DNA of 64,000 nt from Balanoglossus misakiensis (taxonomy: Eukaryota > Animalia > Hemichordata), in NCBI GenBank assembly GCA_040954595.2, contig CM082576.2, positions 13,767,129 through 13,831,128 of the forward strand. Direction: 5' to 3'. Shown here one piece after another: positions 14,201 to 26,200 of this stretch. Both the position numbers and the translations under genes were made by a program. The first letter of the stretch is position 1; the number at the start of each line of letters is the position of its first letter. The notes under the pieces are model-generated. The model saw only the letters and a list, made by a program, of their open reading frames with translations, made no database searches and was not told the origin of the DNA.

Positions 14201-17200
14201 CTGAATTGGCTTATTTGGGTGTTCTAAAGAACGAACATATGGTGGCGATATTTTTTGTGTGTGTCATTGACTGAAAATCTGTGATTGGATAGATCTCAAT
14301 TTGCCATGGAAACTGTAGCTAAATTTGCATACAGTAGGTGACCCTATACCTTTAAGTCAAAAGAAAATGCCTGCATAAAAACTAACAGTATTTTTATGAC
14401 CGTAACTTTGTTGACATACTTTAAGTATTTACTAGAAAGAAAAACTATTTAAAATTTAGAGTATCACAGATTTTGTAAACGTCTTTTACTTATTTTGCCT
14501 TCTTTTACGTTCATCAATGTTGACATTGATGGTAACAGGACTCTCAATGTATAAGAGAGCTGACAGATGTTACACTGTATTTGAACATTTTTGTCATGGG
14601 ATACTTTAGAGTAATAATTCAATTAAACAGTTACTAAGAGTTCTACCGTATTTCTGAAAATTATGCTAGCATAGAAAAGTCAAATTTAAAGTAAGAGTGA
14701 AGTCTTCACTTGAAATAAATCATTTCAATTAGACAAATTGGAGTATTCATGGTGGAATGTACGTTTCCTTTGTTGTCAAAAATCAAGTAGATAGAATTAA
14801 AGCATTGGAGAGCTTTCGCAATAACATTAACAGCATTTAGAGGAGAAAAACCTACTTAGAACCAGGATCAAGTGGTTGCTATGACAATGTGATTCCATTA
14901 CTGTGGAAACTTCAGTAATTTATTGTGTAGGATGTTGTTTGCCGAGCCTTTTATTCAAAAGTAAAGGAAGTATTGTATAGAAGTGCAGGAAATATGAAAA
15001 TATTGATGAGTAGCACAGTGTAGTGTTAAAAGCGTGAATGGTTTCTCATTTGTAGAGGCATTGATTCGTGGTCGGTACAGGATATCAATGTTGAATGGGA
15101 AATGTCTGAGTTTTTGTAGTGGATAACAAACAAAGTCTTGGATGTGAATTGCCACATACACGGTTCTACTTTATCACAATTTACCTGTACATATGTTTCT
15201 TGTAAATGGTACATAGTGCACTGCTTGATGTAGGAATGATGTTAGAGCCAAAGATGTCATTATAAGCCAACCCACCATTTTGTTGGTGGAATTGTTCACT
15301 TTGTAGCACAGTAAAATTGGACGTCTTTGGAAACAGTCTTGGAGTTCTTAATTTTACAGGCGTCTTGAGTTCATGGATAATATTCAATCTATCTTTGGTT
15401 TTAAAATTATGCCCTCATTGGACAGGTGTCCTTATCGGAGGGATGCTTTTTTTCTAGGTGGTAAGCCATTGCATTAGCATGTATAAGTTACCAGGGTTAC
15501 CCAGCCACCTTTGGCGAGGCTCCCCGAGTCTTTGCAATGTGGTATATACATGTACAGTGTATCACTGCAGTTATGATTTCTGTTTTCCTACTTTCAAACC
15601 TTGGTAAACACTGTGGACAGGTGACAGATAGTGTGTTTTACTGTAATACTTTGGTCAGACCAAACTTGTTTAAACTTTTCCCTTTTGGCTGGTTGGATGA
15701 AATTTTATATGAAAGCAAACCAACCAAAATGAGAAATCGTGTTCTGTGTGCTAAAGGTTTTCTTTTTTTGTTGTCTGGTGACAGATTGAAGAACAGACCA
15801 ACATCTTGGCCAAACAAGTCATGGGACTATCTGAGAGTGCTGGCAGTATGGACAGCATCAGTAGCACAGACGGACCATCACCACCGAAGAAGAAAGCCAA
15901 TTTGAAAGGTCAACAAGGGGCCAAGAAAGCTCTCTTAAAATGGGCACAGAGGGCAGCAACCAGGTAAAGCCTTCTCTTACTGCATCTATGTATTGGTTAA
16001 TGTTGTACAATAACATTATAGAATGCATTGCGTCTGTTGGATGTATTGAAGAGTATGTTGAGATGGAATGACAGTCTACAAGTAATATGAGCATGTTGTA
16101 TGTTTACATTGTACATTTGAGTGTAACTCTTCAACAATGTGTTTGTCTTGGTAACTTTGGTTATATGTACATGTATGTGTGTACAAGTGTTGTTATTAAA
16201 TTAACATTTCATTGGATGGTTAATGAACGTATTGTGTCTTCCTTTTACAGCATGCAAATAACATTTTTTGTTTTGCCTCTAGTTCAGACCAGATGGTGGT
16301 AAAATAAAACCCTAAAGTATTTGTGTAATGTGATTTTAGTATTGTTATCGCACAACAGTAATTGCATTCACAGAATTTGATAGTCTTTTTTGAGTATAAG
16401 CATGTATAGTAAATCCCAGCATCACTGTAAAATGTTCCTTCGTAGCCTCCAGCATAAGTGTGAATGCATCCATCATTCCATGTATTTTTTTTTGTCGGAA
16501 GCTGTATCCATGTGGTCAGAAAATTTTCATGGGATATTTCCCCATTCCATGAAAAATACTGGAAGCCAAACAAACTTGTGGCGCAGAGATATTGATATCT
16601 TTATGATCACCTCCACAATTCCAAGCAAAGTTTCAATCATACTTGACCATCTAAAAACTACATTCCACAAACATTCTCCTGATTCCATATTTTCTGACCA
16701 TAAGGACATAGTTCCACCAGTTCCATTGCTTTGTCACGCTTATTCCACATAAACTGTTGTACCTCCTCCGATAAATCCAGGAAAAAAGCCCAGGCAGATG
16801 CATCTGGAGATGAAATGGAAACAAGGCGAGTTGCGTAATCACCATTTATTACAAACCCAAATCAGCTCAAACCCTCTATCATGTTGGTGGTGACCAACGA
16901 AAAAAATCCCGAATTAACATTACCATAAACTCCCAGCTAAATCATCCAAGTACATTGTAGTTGCTATACCAACCATGCCAGTTGCGTATAACATAGTTAA
17001 AATGCCTCTGGCATTGACAACGCATTACCATCTGCCCTTACTGACGTCAACCCGCTCAATCATTTTTGAATCATACAAAATAATAACAATTTGCTTTTTT
17101 AATCGCAAACTTACCATTACCGGCATCGGATTTGATATAACAAGAGTGTGATGACACCATGTGTTCTGTGATTTTTGGTTTTTCAGAATGTATTAGAATG

Positions 17201-20200
17201 AGGGCTTGAACTTAGAGACTGCTGGTCACATGACACGTCCAGTTGAGCTATAGAACTTTGAAATTTGAATATTCTAATTTCATGACTTCGTTCCTGAAGA
17301 TTTTCTGTTATTTTGTTTGTGCTATATGGTTGTTCGTAAACAATGAATACCTGGATGTATTCTGAATGCTCTGTAAGGCAAAATCACCAATCATGACATC
17401 TGAAAAAAAAAAGACTTGCAAGAATTTTAGACACCCTATTACCAAAGCAGATTATTCAAAGATACCTGTTGCAGTGAGAGATTGGTGTCATTTTTTCAAT
17501 GAAAGCCAGTTTCTAAGTTCAAGCCCAGTAGACAGCACACACCATTTAGTAGAAGTAGAACAAGAATAGAAAGGATCAGAAATGAACACTCTCTGTAGTT
17601 AAGTTATTTTGAACTTTAAAAAAAATTATGACAATTTGAATCTGACACAAAATTTGTGCTGGTCTAGGTCAACATACAGAGAGAGAGAGTTTTCATTTGT
17701 GCATCAATGCCTAGTACTAACTAATACCATTCTTACTCAGATGTTGTCAGAGGGGACGACTTAGCAGGACAGAGGTGGTGCTGAGAAGGCGAGTTATCCC
17801 GCCCATCATAGTCTGCTTGCGTATAATTGCATGCAGGGATAATGCATTAGTCAAGTAGAACTGACCCCAAAATTGGCATAACCGTGAAGTACGGTACAAA
17901 TGCGATTTTTTTGCAGAAAATGATAGTTGAGGGGGTACTGACTCGGAATCAGGTTGATGCCACCTTGGCACCCTTGAGCATTTTTTTTAATTAACGTTTT
18001 AAGCCACGCTCACATTTTAAATCTTATAATTACAAAGCCAAAAATGCAATTCATATAAATAATGTCTTGTTTGGTATCAAACTAAAGCTAATGCCATGTG
18101 AAAAGTAAATATGAACATTATAAGGTTATACGGTCAATGTCAAGGTCATATAAGGGCATATTAACATAAAACTGGCCACGCCCCTAAACTGAAACATAAT
18201 TAAAGAAGAAAAACATATCATGTTTGTTATCAAAATGAAGCACACACGATGGAGAAAACAAAAATGAGTATTAAAAAGAGCACATGAAATGTTTTAACAC
18301 CAAAATTTAATTGCCATGGTAATAAGGGCCATATCTTGCCGGGTTGGGGGGGGGGAGCTTTCATTTTATAGCAATGTTATTTCCTTGGCCATAGTTCACA
18401 AAAGGTCAAAGAGATTATTACTGCGTCTTTGGCTTTGCACTCACTTTAGAATCGCTTATTTGTATCCAAAACTGGGCACCGGGGCGTTTTCGAGTTATTG
18501 GCTTCCAAATTATATTGGGTAACTTATGTAGAAAACCCTAAAATGCATATGAATTGACGTAAGGGGGATATATTAGTCTTGTAAAAGACTGTCTCTCTGA
18601 ACGTATACCTAAAACAACTGGGATGTATTTGATATCAAAAGAAAGCTTAATAAACAAGCTTTCCATTAATTACAAAATAAAAGTGATATGACAAATCATG
18701 ACATCATAGTGACGTCATAAGTCAAAATACCCTTATGAAAATGGTGTTCTGTTTACCTATAAATGTGAGGTTTTGAAAAACACGTCTCTGTGCAATTGTA
18801 CTGAAGAAAACTGTGATGTGTTTGGTATCAACAGAAAGTTATTACAAAAATGATATGGTAATCAATTACATCATCATTACATCATACTTCCAAGTGCCCT
18901 TACCAACTAGTAACTATGATGACAAGTTACCTAGGAGATAGGTGCCTTTAATATGAATTGTTGGTAAGGAAGGTTTGAGAAGTCCATTCTATGTAACAAA
19001 TGGTGCTGATTCCAAAAAAGTCAGTCTTATTGACCCCACTCAAGATAACATTGCCATTTTTGCTGCTTTTTGCCGAAAAAGGTCATTTTTAGAAAACAAT
19101 TAAAAACAAACTTTTTTTCTCTATAATTGGATTTGATGATGTATGAAGTAGTGACTTTTCCAAAAAAAGCACTCTTACTGTTCACTTTATTCTTATTTTG
19201 TTCACTTTGCTTAAAAGGTAATTACTGTTAGAAAAAAAAAAAAAAAAACTTATTTTTTCATATTCAGAGATCTTATGAAGTATGGAAAGTCCATTTTTGT
19301 TGAAAGGGACCATTCTTTTCATCTTACAAAATTGTCATTTTGTCTTTTTTTTGTCAAAAAGTGCTATTTCAAGAACAAATGAAAACAAACTGTTTTCTTC
19401 GTATTTAAATGTTTAATGATGAATGGAAAGTCCATTTTTTGCAAAAAATATGCTGATACCAACACAAGTCTTATTGAGACACGCCACTAAATACAAAATT
19501 GCCGTCTTTTGGTCAACAATTGTCTTTTTCAGAAAAACAAAATAAAATATATGTTTTGCCTTTTGAGTTCTGATGTTGTATTTGCTTATTTAAAACGTCA
19601 TAACCATATGATATCAGTTGAATTGATGATATTGAAAGACAGAGTTGCCACAATTTGGCACATTTAACCTAAAATGGAACTCAACAATAAACGCGACCAT
19701 CCATGCATACACACTATCTACTATAAGTCGATTATACATGGTATGAAATGTTTATGTAGAGATATACCAGCTCCGGAGAAATTGTTGACATTTATCCTTT
19801 TCAATCTAAATACAAAAACAGAAATTATATTATATCATGATACCTCCGTCATTCTGATTGGACAGAAGTGCAATCCAACGATGCTAAATACTCAATAGAG
19901 CACGGCTAAAACTGCCCCTGAACTAGATTTGTTACTTCTTTTCCTCTTGACGCTGGTTCATCATCAATATGAGTTCAATTTGGGCTAACTCCAAATGCAA
20001 ACATTCTTTTCTCTAGAAAATGTTTAAAATGATAAATTTGTCTTGAGTCGCTCTATTTAGGCAATAAATGGCCAAAAAGGCAATTTTGACTAGAGTGGGA
20101 TCAACCGTTTTTGGAATAGTCACCAAATTTTTATATAAAATGAACTTTTTCGTACATAATCCAGATCTCTAAATATGAAGAAAACAATTTGTCTTTAGTT

Positions 20201-23200
20201 TAAAAGAAAATGGCATGTTTTAGTATTTTCTAAAAATGACCCTTTTTGGACAAAAAGTATTTCCATCTTTATTGAGATTAATAAGACTGCTTTTTTCTGG
20301 AATCAACACCAATTTTTTCCATAAATGGACTTTTCATACATCATAAAATCTCCAAATATTTTTAACGTTTGACCTTGAAATTTACTATCTGGTATTTTGA
20401 AAAAATGTTATGCTCGTTATCATGCTTATATTTGCTTCATACTTGACATTAGCTTCAGTTTGATACCAAACATGGTATAATTATCTTCTCTCATAATATC
20501 AAGGTCAAATGGGCGTGGTCAATTTTAACGTTTGACCTTGAAATTGTTCATCTAGGGTTTTAAAATACCATTTAATATGTTTAATTTTGCCTTTTACATG
20601 ACATAAGCTTCAGTTTGACACCTAATATGGCATGTACGTTACTGCAATGCATGTGTCTTTGGTAATTATATGCATTAAAAGTGGGCGTGGCTTAAAACGT
20701 TAATTAAAAAAAATGCTCAAGGGTGCCAAAGTGGCATCAACCTGATTCCTTATCAGTATCCCTCCAACTATCATTTTCAGCAAAAAAATTGCATTTGTAC
20801 CGTACTTCACGGTTATGTTGTGGTTCTACTTGACTACATGGTTTATATGCCTGGGTGTTGCAGGGTTGGTACGGGGGTGTGGGTAGGGTTGGTTGGAAAT
20901 TTGTGATGGCAAAGTAACATGTACTGCTTTCACAAACATGAAAATGCTTTGAACCAGTACTTTAGATTTTTTCGCGGGGTTGGGTTGTGGGTAATCTGTG
21001 TTATTCTGAAATCTGGAAATACATGTAGATTGGAAAAGTCAAATGATTTCAAGATTTTAAATTTTGTGTCTGAAGTGCTGGTTCTTGAACTTGGGAGATG
21101 GAAGCAAATTGAGGATGTTCATGATACTGCATTGAGTGAGTGAGTGAGCATGTGTGTTGGTGGGTGGGTAAATGTGAACAGTTGATATTTATTATTAGAT
21201 ACCTGGTGACAACAGTGTGGATGAATTCACTTGAATAGAAATCAGGGTGAAACCCAAATTCTCTTTTGAACTGACCAAAGCACTTGAATGTGTATATTTT
21301 TATTAAATATAATCATACACATATAGCCAAGGAGATATATCAAACGATTTGTGATTTTATAGCATTATCAACCAACCTATCCACCAAAGTTGCAACTCAC
21401 AGAGAAGCCATTTTTGAGCACTTTAGTATAAATGTTATGAATTTCCTTTTATAAATTTCATCATAAATCACCAAAAGAAATTCAGTAACATAAATCTTGC
21501 AATAGGTTATTCAGTGACATGTTCGGTGAATTTTAAATTCAAGTGAGCTTCTTCCAGAGCATGTTGACAGATAATTGCACCTTTTTCGATATGGTGTATG
21601 TACATAGTATACCCGGTATGTTTATAGGTATGTATATAGGTGTAAAGAGGTTCGGGTACCTAGGTAATACAGCACCATACAATATACTTGATGTTACATA
21701 TGTATAAGTTTGTATCAATGTTAATATGGAAACCTACATAATACAGCATGACCTGTTTCTTGTGTCACCTTGGTTGATCTTGGCCTGTGGTCCCCAAATG
21801 CTGACACACTGGAGTCTTGACTTTCATTTCAGGAGTGTCAAGCTGGAAGTGAAAGATTTCGGCAAAAGCTGGAGGGATGGCTACGCATTCAATGCTATGA
21901 TCCACAGTATTAATCCGGATCTGATTGACATGGACGTGTTGCCGAAGAAGACAAACGTGGAAAGGTTGGACAACGCTTTCCATGTTGCGGAGAAGGATCT
22001 GGGTATTCCAAAGTTGTTAGATCCAGGAGGTGAGTCCTTGTAGAGAATGCAGACTGTATCGATGATCTCATGTATGCTAAGATGTAGGTGGTTACAAATG
22101 ACGAGATACGATACAATGCAATGAAATACAATACAGTGCAATACAATACAATTTGGCAATTCAGAAGGTTGATACAAAAAAAGAGTCGTTCCCTAGTTTG
22201 AACAAAACGGAATGCAATTTATGACAAATTGTGTGAAAAAAAGTTATACAATTCCTCTTAGAGTAAATACTTGAATGCATTCCTCCCCAAAGTAAATAAT
22301 TTATATCATTCTTTGCCCCTCCACTCTTTGAAACAGTTGTGATTTATGCATTCCATCTTTGCTGTTTTTCACCCACAGATGTGGATGTTGACAAACCCGA
22401 TGAGAGGTCCATCATGACATATGTTGCTCAGTTCTTACAGCAATATCCAGAAGTTGGAGATGATGAATCCTCATCTGTGAGTACATTTATCATTGTATTT
22501 AATAAATACAGGGTATTTCTTATACAAGAAAGTCAAAACTGAACAAAAAAGTACAAAATTACTTGTGTTGCAGGCAAAGTCAGAGTTTGGTGTGACCAAA
22601 TCATCTGGTGATATAGATTTTTATCTTTCCCTGCATTTGTCGCGCACTACACCAATCAAATACCAGACTTACATGTAGCTTTTACCCATGAGGCATTGCA
22701 ATATCTGCACGTTGACCATCTACACTGTAGTTAACAGTGAGCATTAAGAACTGGCTGCTGTTATCCTTCTCTTGTTAATTGTCAAAGAACTCTGCCTGTA
22801 AATGTAATCATTTTTCACATGAAAGCCTGAAGTAATAAAAAGATAAAAAGTTAGGCTACTTATGAGTTATAGGAGAATATTACTAGTACACGTAAAGGGA
22901 GGATAAGAACTAATTGCTGTGTATTTGTGTTTGCGTGCATCAGCTGATGGGATCTGTCCGTGATATGCATGCTGTAGCTCAGGAAGAAGAGAAACTATTT
23001 CAGGACATCTTGGATCATCTCACAACAACTGAAGGAATTCTGGGACTGGCCAGGGAAGGGAAAATGACCAAACTGGAAGAATATGAGGTTTGTGGTCTCA
23101 ATGTCTATTGTCAATTTTCCAAGACATGTTGTTACGAAAGAAAGATTTGTCAGTTTTCTAAATGTATGTCTCGGAGATGTCCATTTCATAGAGGTTCTTA

Positions 23201-26200
23201 GTATATGAGAAGATGACTGGATGTGTTCAATTTACACTGGTGTCTAGATTTGACAGGTTCCACTGTTTATGTATATGCTTGGCCTACATATGATACTCTT
23301 ACATTGTTTTTTCATAATTGTCACTGAGAATATAGTATATTAGATTGAAAGGGTTTTGTTTGTTTATTTTTATAGAAACAAGAGGAACTAGCAAATCTGC
23401 ATGAAATGAAAAAGAAAAACTATGTAGTTTTGTTGAGGAAGTATGAAAGTAAAACCTTAGTGTCAATCACCGAAGAGAAAATCATCATCCTGAGGGAGAA
23501 ATGGGAAAAAATCAGCAAGCACCTGTTGGCATGGAAACGGGCCATAGACAACACGATGCCCAAGACACTGATGGCGCTCATCAAGTGGATGGACCGAGCG
23601 GAAAAGGAACTGGAAAAGCAACCGCAGTTCCAACAGGACAAGTACGAAGAAAGTGCCAAAGAAGCTCGTCAGAAACTCGCTGAGCACCAGGTGAGGCTTT
23701 TGAACGAGGAGTAGAGTAAAAAATGTGAATGAAAGGGCGGAGTCCCCTTTCATTGTGAGTCTCACGAGTGTCTCGGATGAAATGTTTGGAAATCTGCCAA
23801 AGTTCAGTGTTGTAAAAAATTTGGGTCAAAAGTCAGGGTTTGCCTGCCGATATTTTCGCCTCGTAGCCAGAGAGGGCAGTCACTTCTTTCCTGACTGCCG
23901 TGTCTGTTTGAAGTCGAGCGGAAGCTGCTGGTCTTCTTAATGTGGTTTAATTATTCAGATGTTTAAAAGGTGAGGAAGTGTATGGATAGTTAGATATATG
24001 CAAAACTGTATCTGCCTGTGAAATGGGTGATGTGTAGATATTTTTTTGAATGGTAAAATACGGGAAATAAATACTAGTGGAATGTTATCCTAGCGGTAAG
24101 GTGCCAGGTAGACAACCCACAGAGGGCAGATCAGAGGTATATAATACAGTTCAAAATAATCTATTTAAAAGAAGCCCCCAGTTGGCGTGAAGAATTGCAG
24201 AAGTCAATCAAAGGGTATCTGGGTGTGGCCGCTGTACAATACCTGTGTTGTTTGCATGAACAGCCCCAACAAACATCACTATTTATTCTTTTTGCCATGG
24301 TTTGACGATCAATCAAATTCTTCTCGTTTTTATGATCTACGAGCGTTCCTAATGTTGAAAAGACAGGCGTCCCTGAAATCAACGCCTGGCAGGTCTAGAA
24401 GATCGCCTCACACTGACCGATTTGTGGCTTTTAGTACACCTCGTATTTACACTGGTTTTCAAGTGTTGATTCAGCAATTGAGAGTTGCTGTTGTGGGCAA
24501 AGTGGGGGGATATGTCCCATTGAACACAATGGCATCTTTAGCTGGGTTGATCTCGCCTAATTTGTCCTCCAGGCTACGAGTGTCGTCTTTATATTCTCTG
24601 CATTGTGCAGAGGGGGTATACTGCACGCACACACTCTTGGGCTTAGCATCCCATGAACTGATTTCCAAGTTACATTTGTATGCCACTTCACCACATCAAA
24701 CCACTTGAATCTGCAATCTGGCAGAATTTGGCATTTTGTCAAAAAGTGTGCCCGACATAAATTATGCGCCCGACATAAATTGTTCACCAATTTTCATGAC
24801 AGGAGCAGGGGCTTTCAACATACTTCAAATATTTCAGGGAGTTGTCCAAAGGGTGGTAACCACAGTGTAAACAAAAGAACGATAATATTAAAGATTATAC
24901 AGAACTGGAGCTCTCTGTTATAAATTAACTTCTTATTTGCCCTTCTGTTGATTTTTTTTTTGCAATCTACTACAGCAATGTTTTAAAGATTCCGACCAAG
25001 TGAAAGCCACCTTCAAGCAGATCCATGAAACCCAACAGTGTGAGAAGGAAAAACTGACTCCCGAGCAGCTGGACAAGATGGCCGCCAGATTGGACCGCAT
25101 ATTCCCGGCAGCCAAGAGGAAAGAAGCCAGGCTGAGATACGAGGAACTCAAATATGGATTGTTATCCTTTGTTGTGATGACAGAAAGGAAACTGAAGACA
25201 TGGACTGTTAAATACGGCCGTCAAGATTCTGTAGAAGCGCTGTCTAGAAATTATACTGTAAGTGAAAATTAATTATATACAGTTTGCGATTTCTTGTATT
25301 GGTCTGTTAAATGATACATATTATTTGAAATTTAAATATACCCCGGTAATAATAATGTAAGGTCTCCATCATACCAAATATTCTGGTTGCAATTATTTTG
25401 TAATAATATGTGTATGAGATCAAAATAATTTCGAAAAGTCAAAATATTAACATTTGGTATATACTATAAAATCAATATCATTATGGAAGTCATCAGAGTA
25501 TATGTTTGAAATTTTATTTTACAGGATTTTACAGAAAAAGGGAAGTTCTTTCAGAAATATGAGACAGGATTCCAGCAGCTGCAGGCAGTGGCTGAAGCCT
25601 ATTTCAACGGAATTTCTGATGGTAAGTGTCAAGCAAAATATTTGCTATAAGAACTGATAATGTTTGGCTATTATAGGGAGCTACCTGTTGATCCACGATG
25701 TGGGTCAGAGGTCAAAGTTCAGTTCTGTACAGATCGAGCAGTGCAGACACAATGGTATTGTGTGAGTTGAGAGGAAGGATAAAAATAAATGATATGGCAT
25801 GCAAACGAAACAAGATAGTAATCTTGTAAAAATGTACCTTGTCAGTGGTTTAATATTCTTTACTGTGACTGTGCTTAACGTGCTCCATTACTTTTGTTTG
25901 AATGAAAAATGGAAATAAATACGCTTTATCATGTTTCTTCCATAAAGATACCTTAGACTATCAGATAACATGTGTAGTGCATTTGTTTAACACTAACCGA
26001 AAATACATTGCAATATAGAATTAGAATCATTACTGTACATCTACATGTACCTGTATATCAAATAATATTAAGCAAAGTCTCTGTTGCTCTGTTTGTTCAT
26101 TTGATAATGAAATGTGATATTTTCTGTGTGAGAGGCTGATTTAGTAATTCAAATTAAGAATTAGACTTAGAGAAGTAAACATTTTTAATTTTGCCGCTGT

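Noticed and set aside
24187-24708. 173-aa intronic ORF with nearby short palindromes and the direct repeat gcccgacataaatt
   Set aside because: No recognisable domain or matching splice phase; probably repeat-derived, but I could not define its ends
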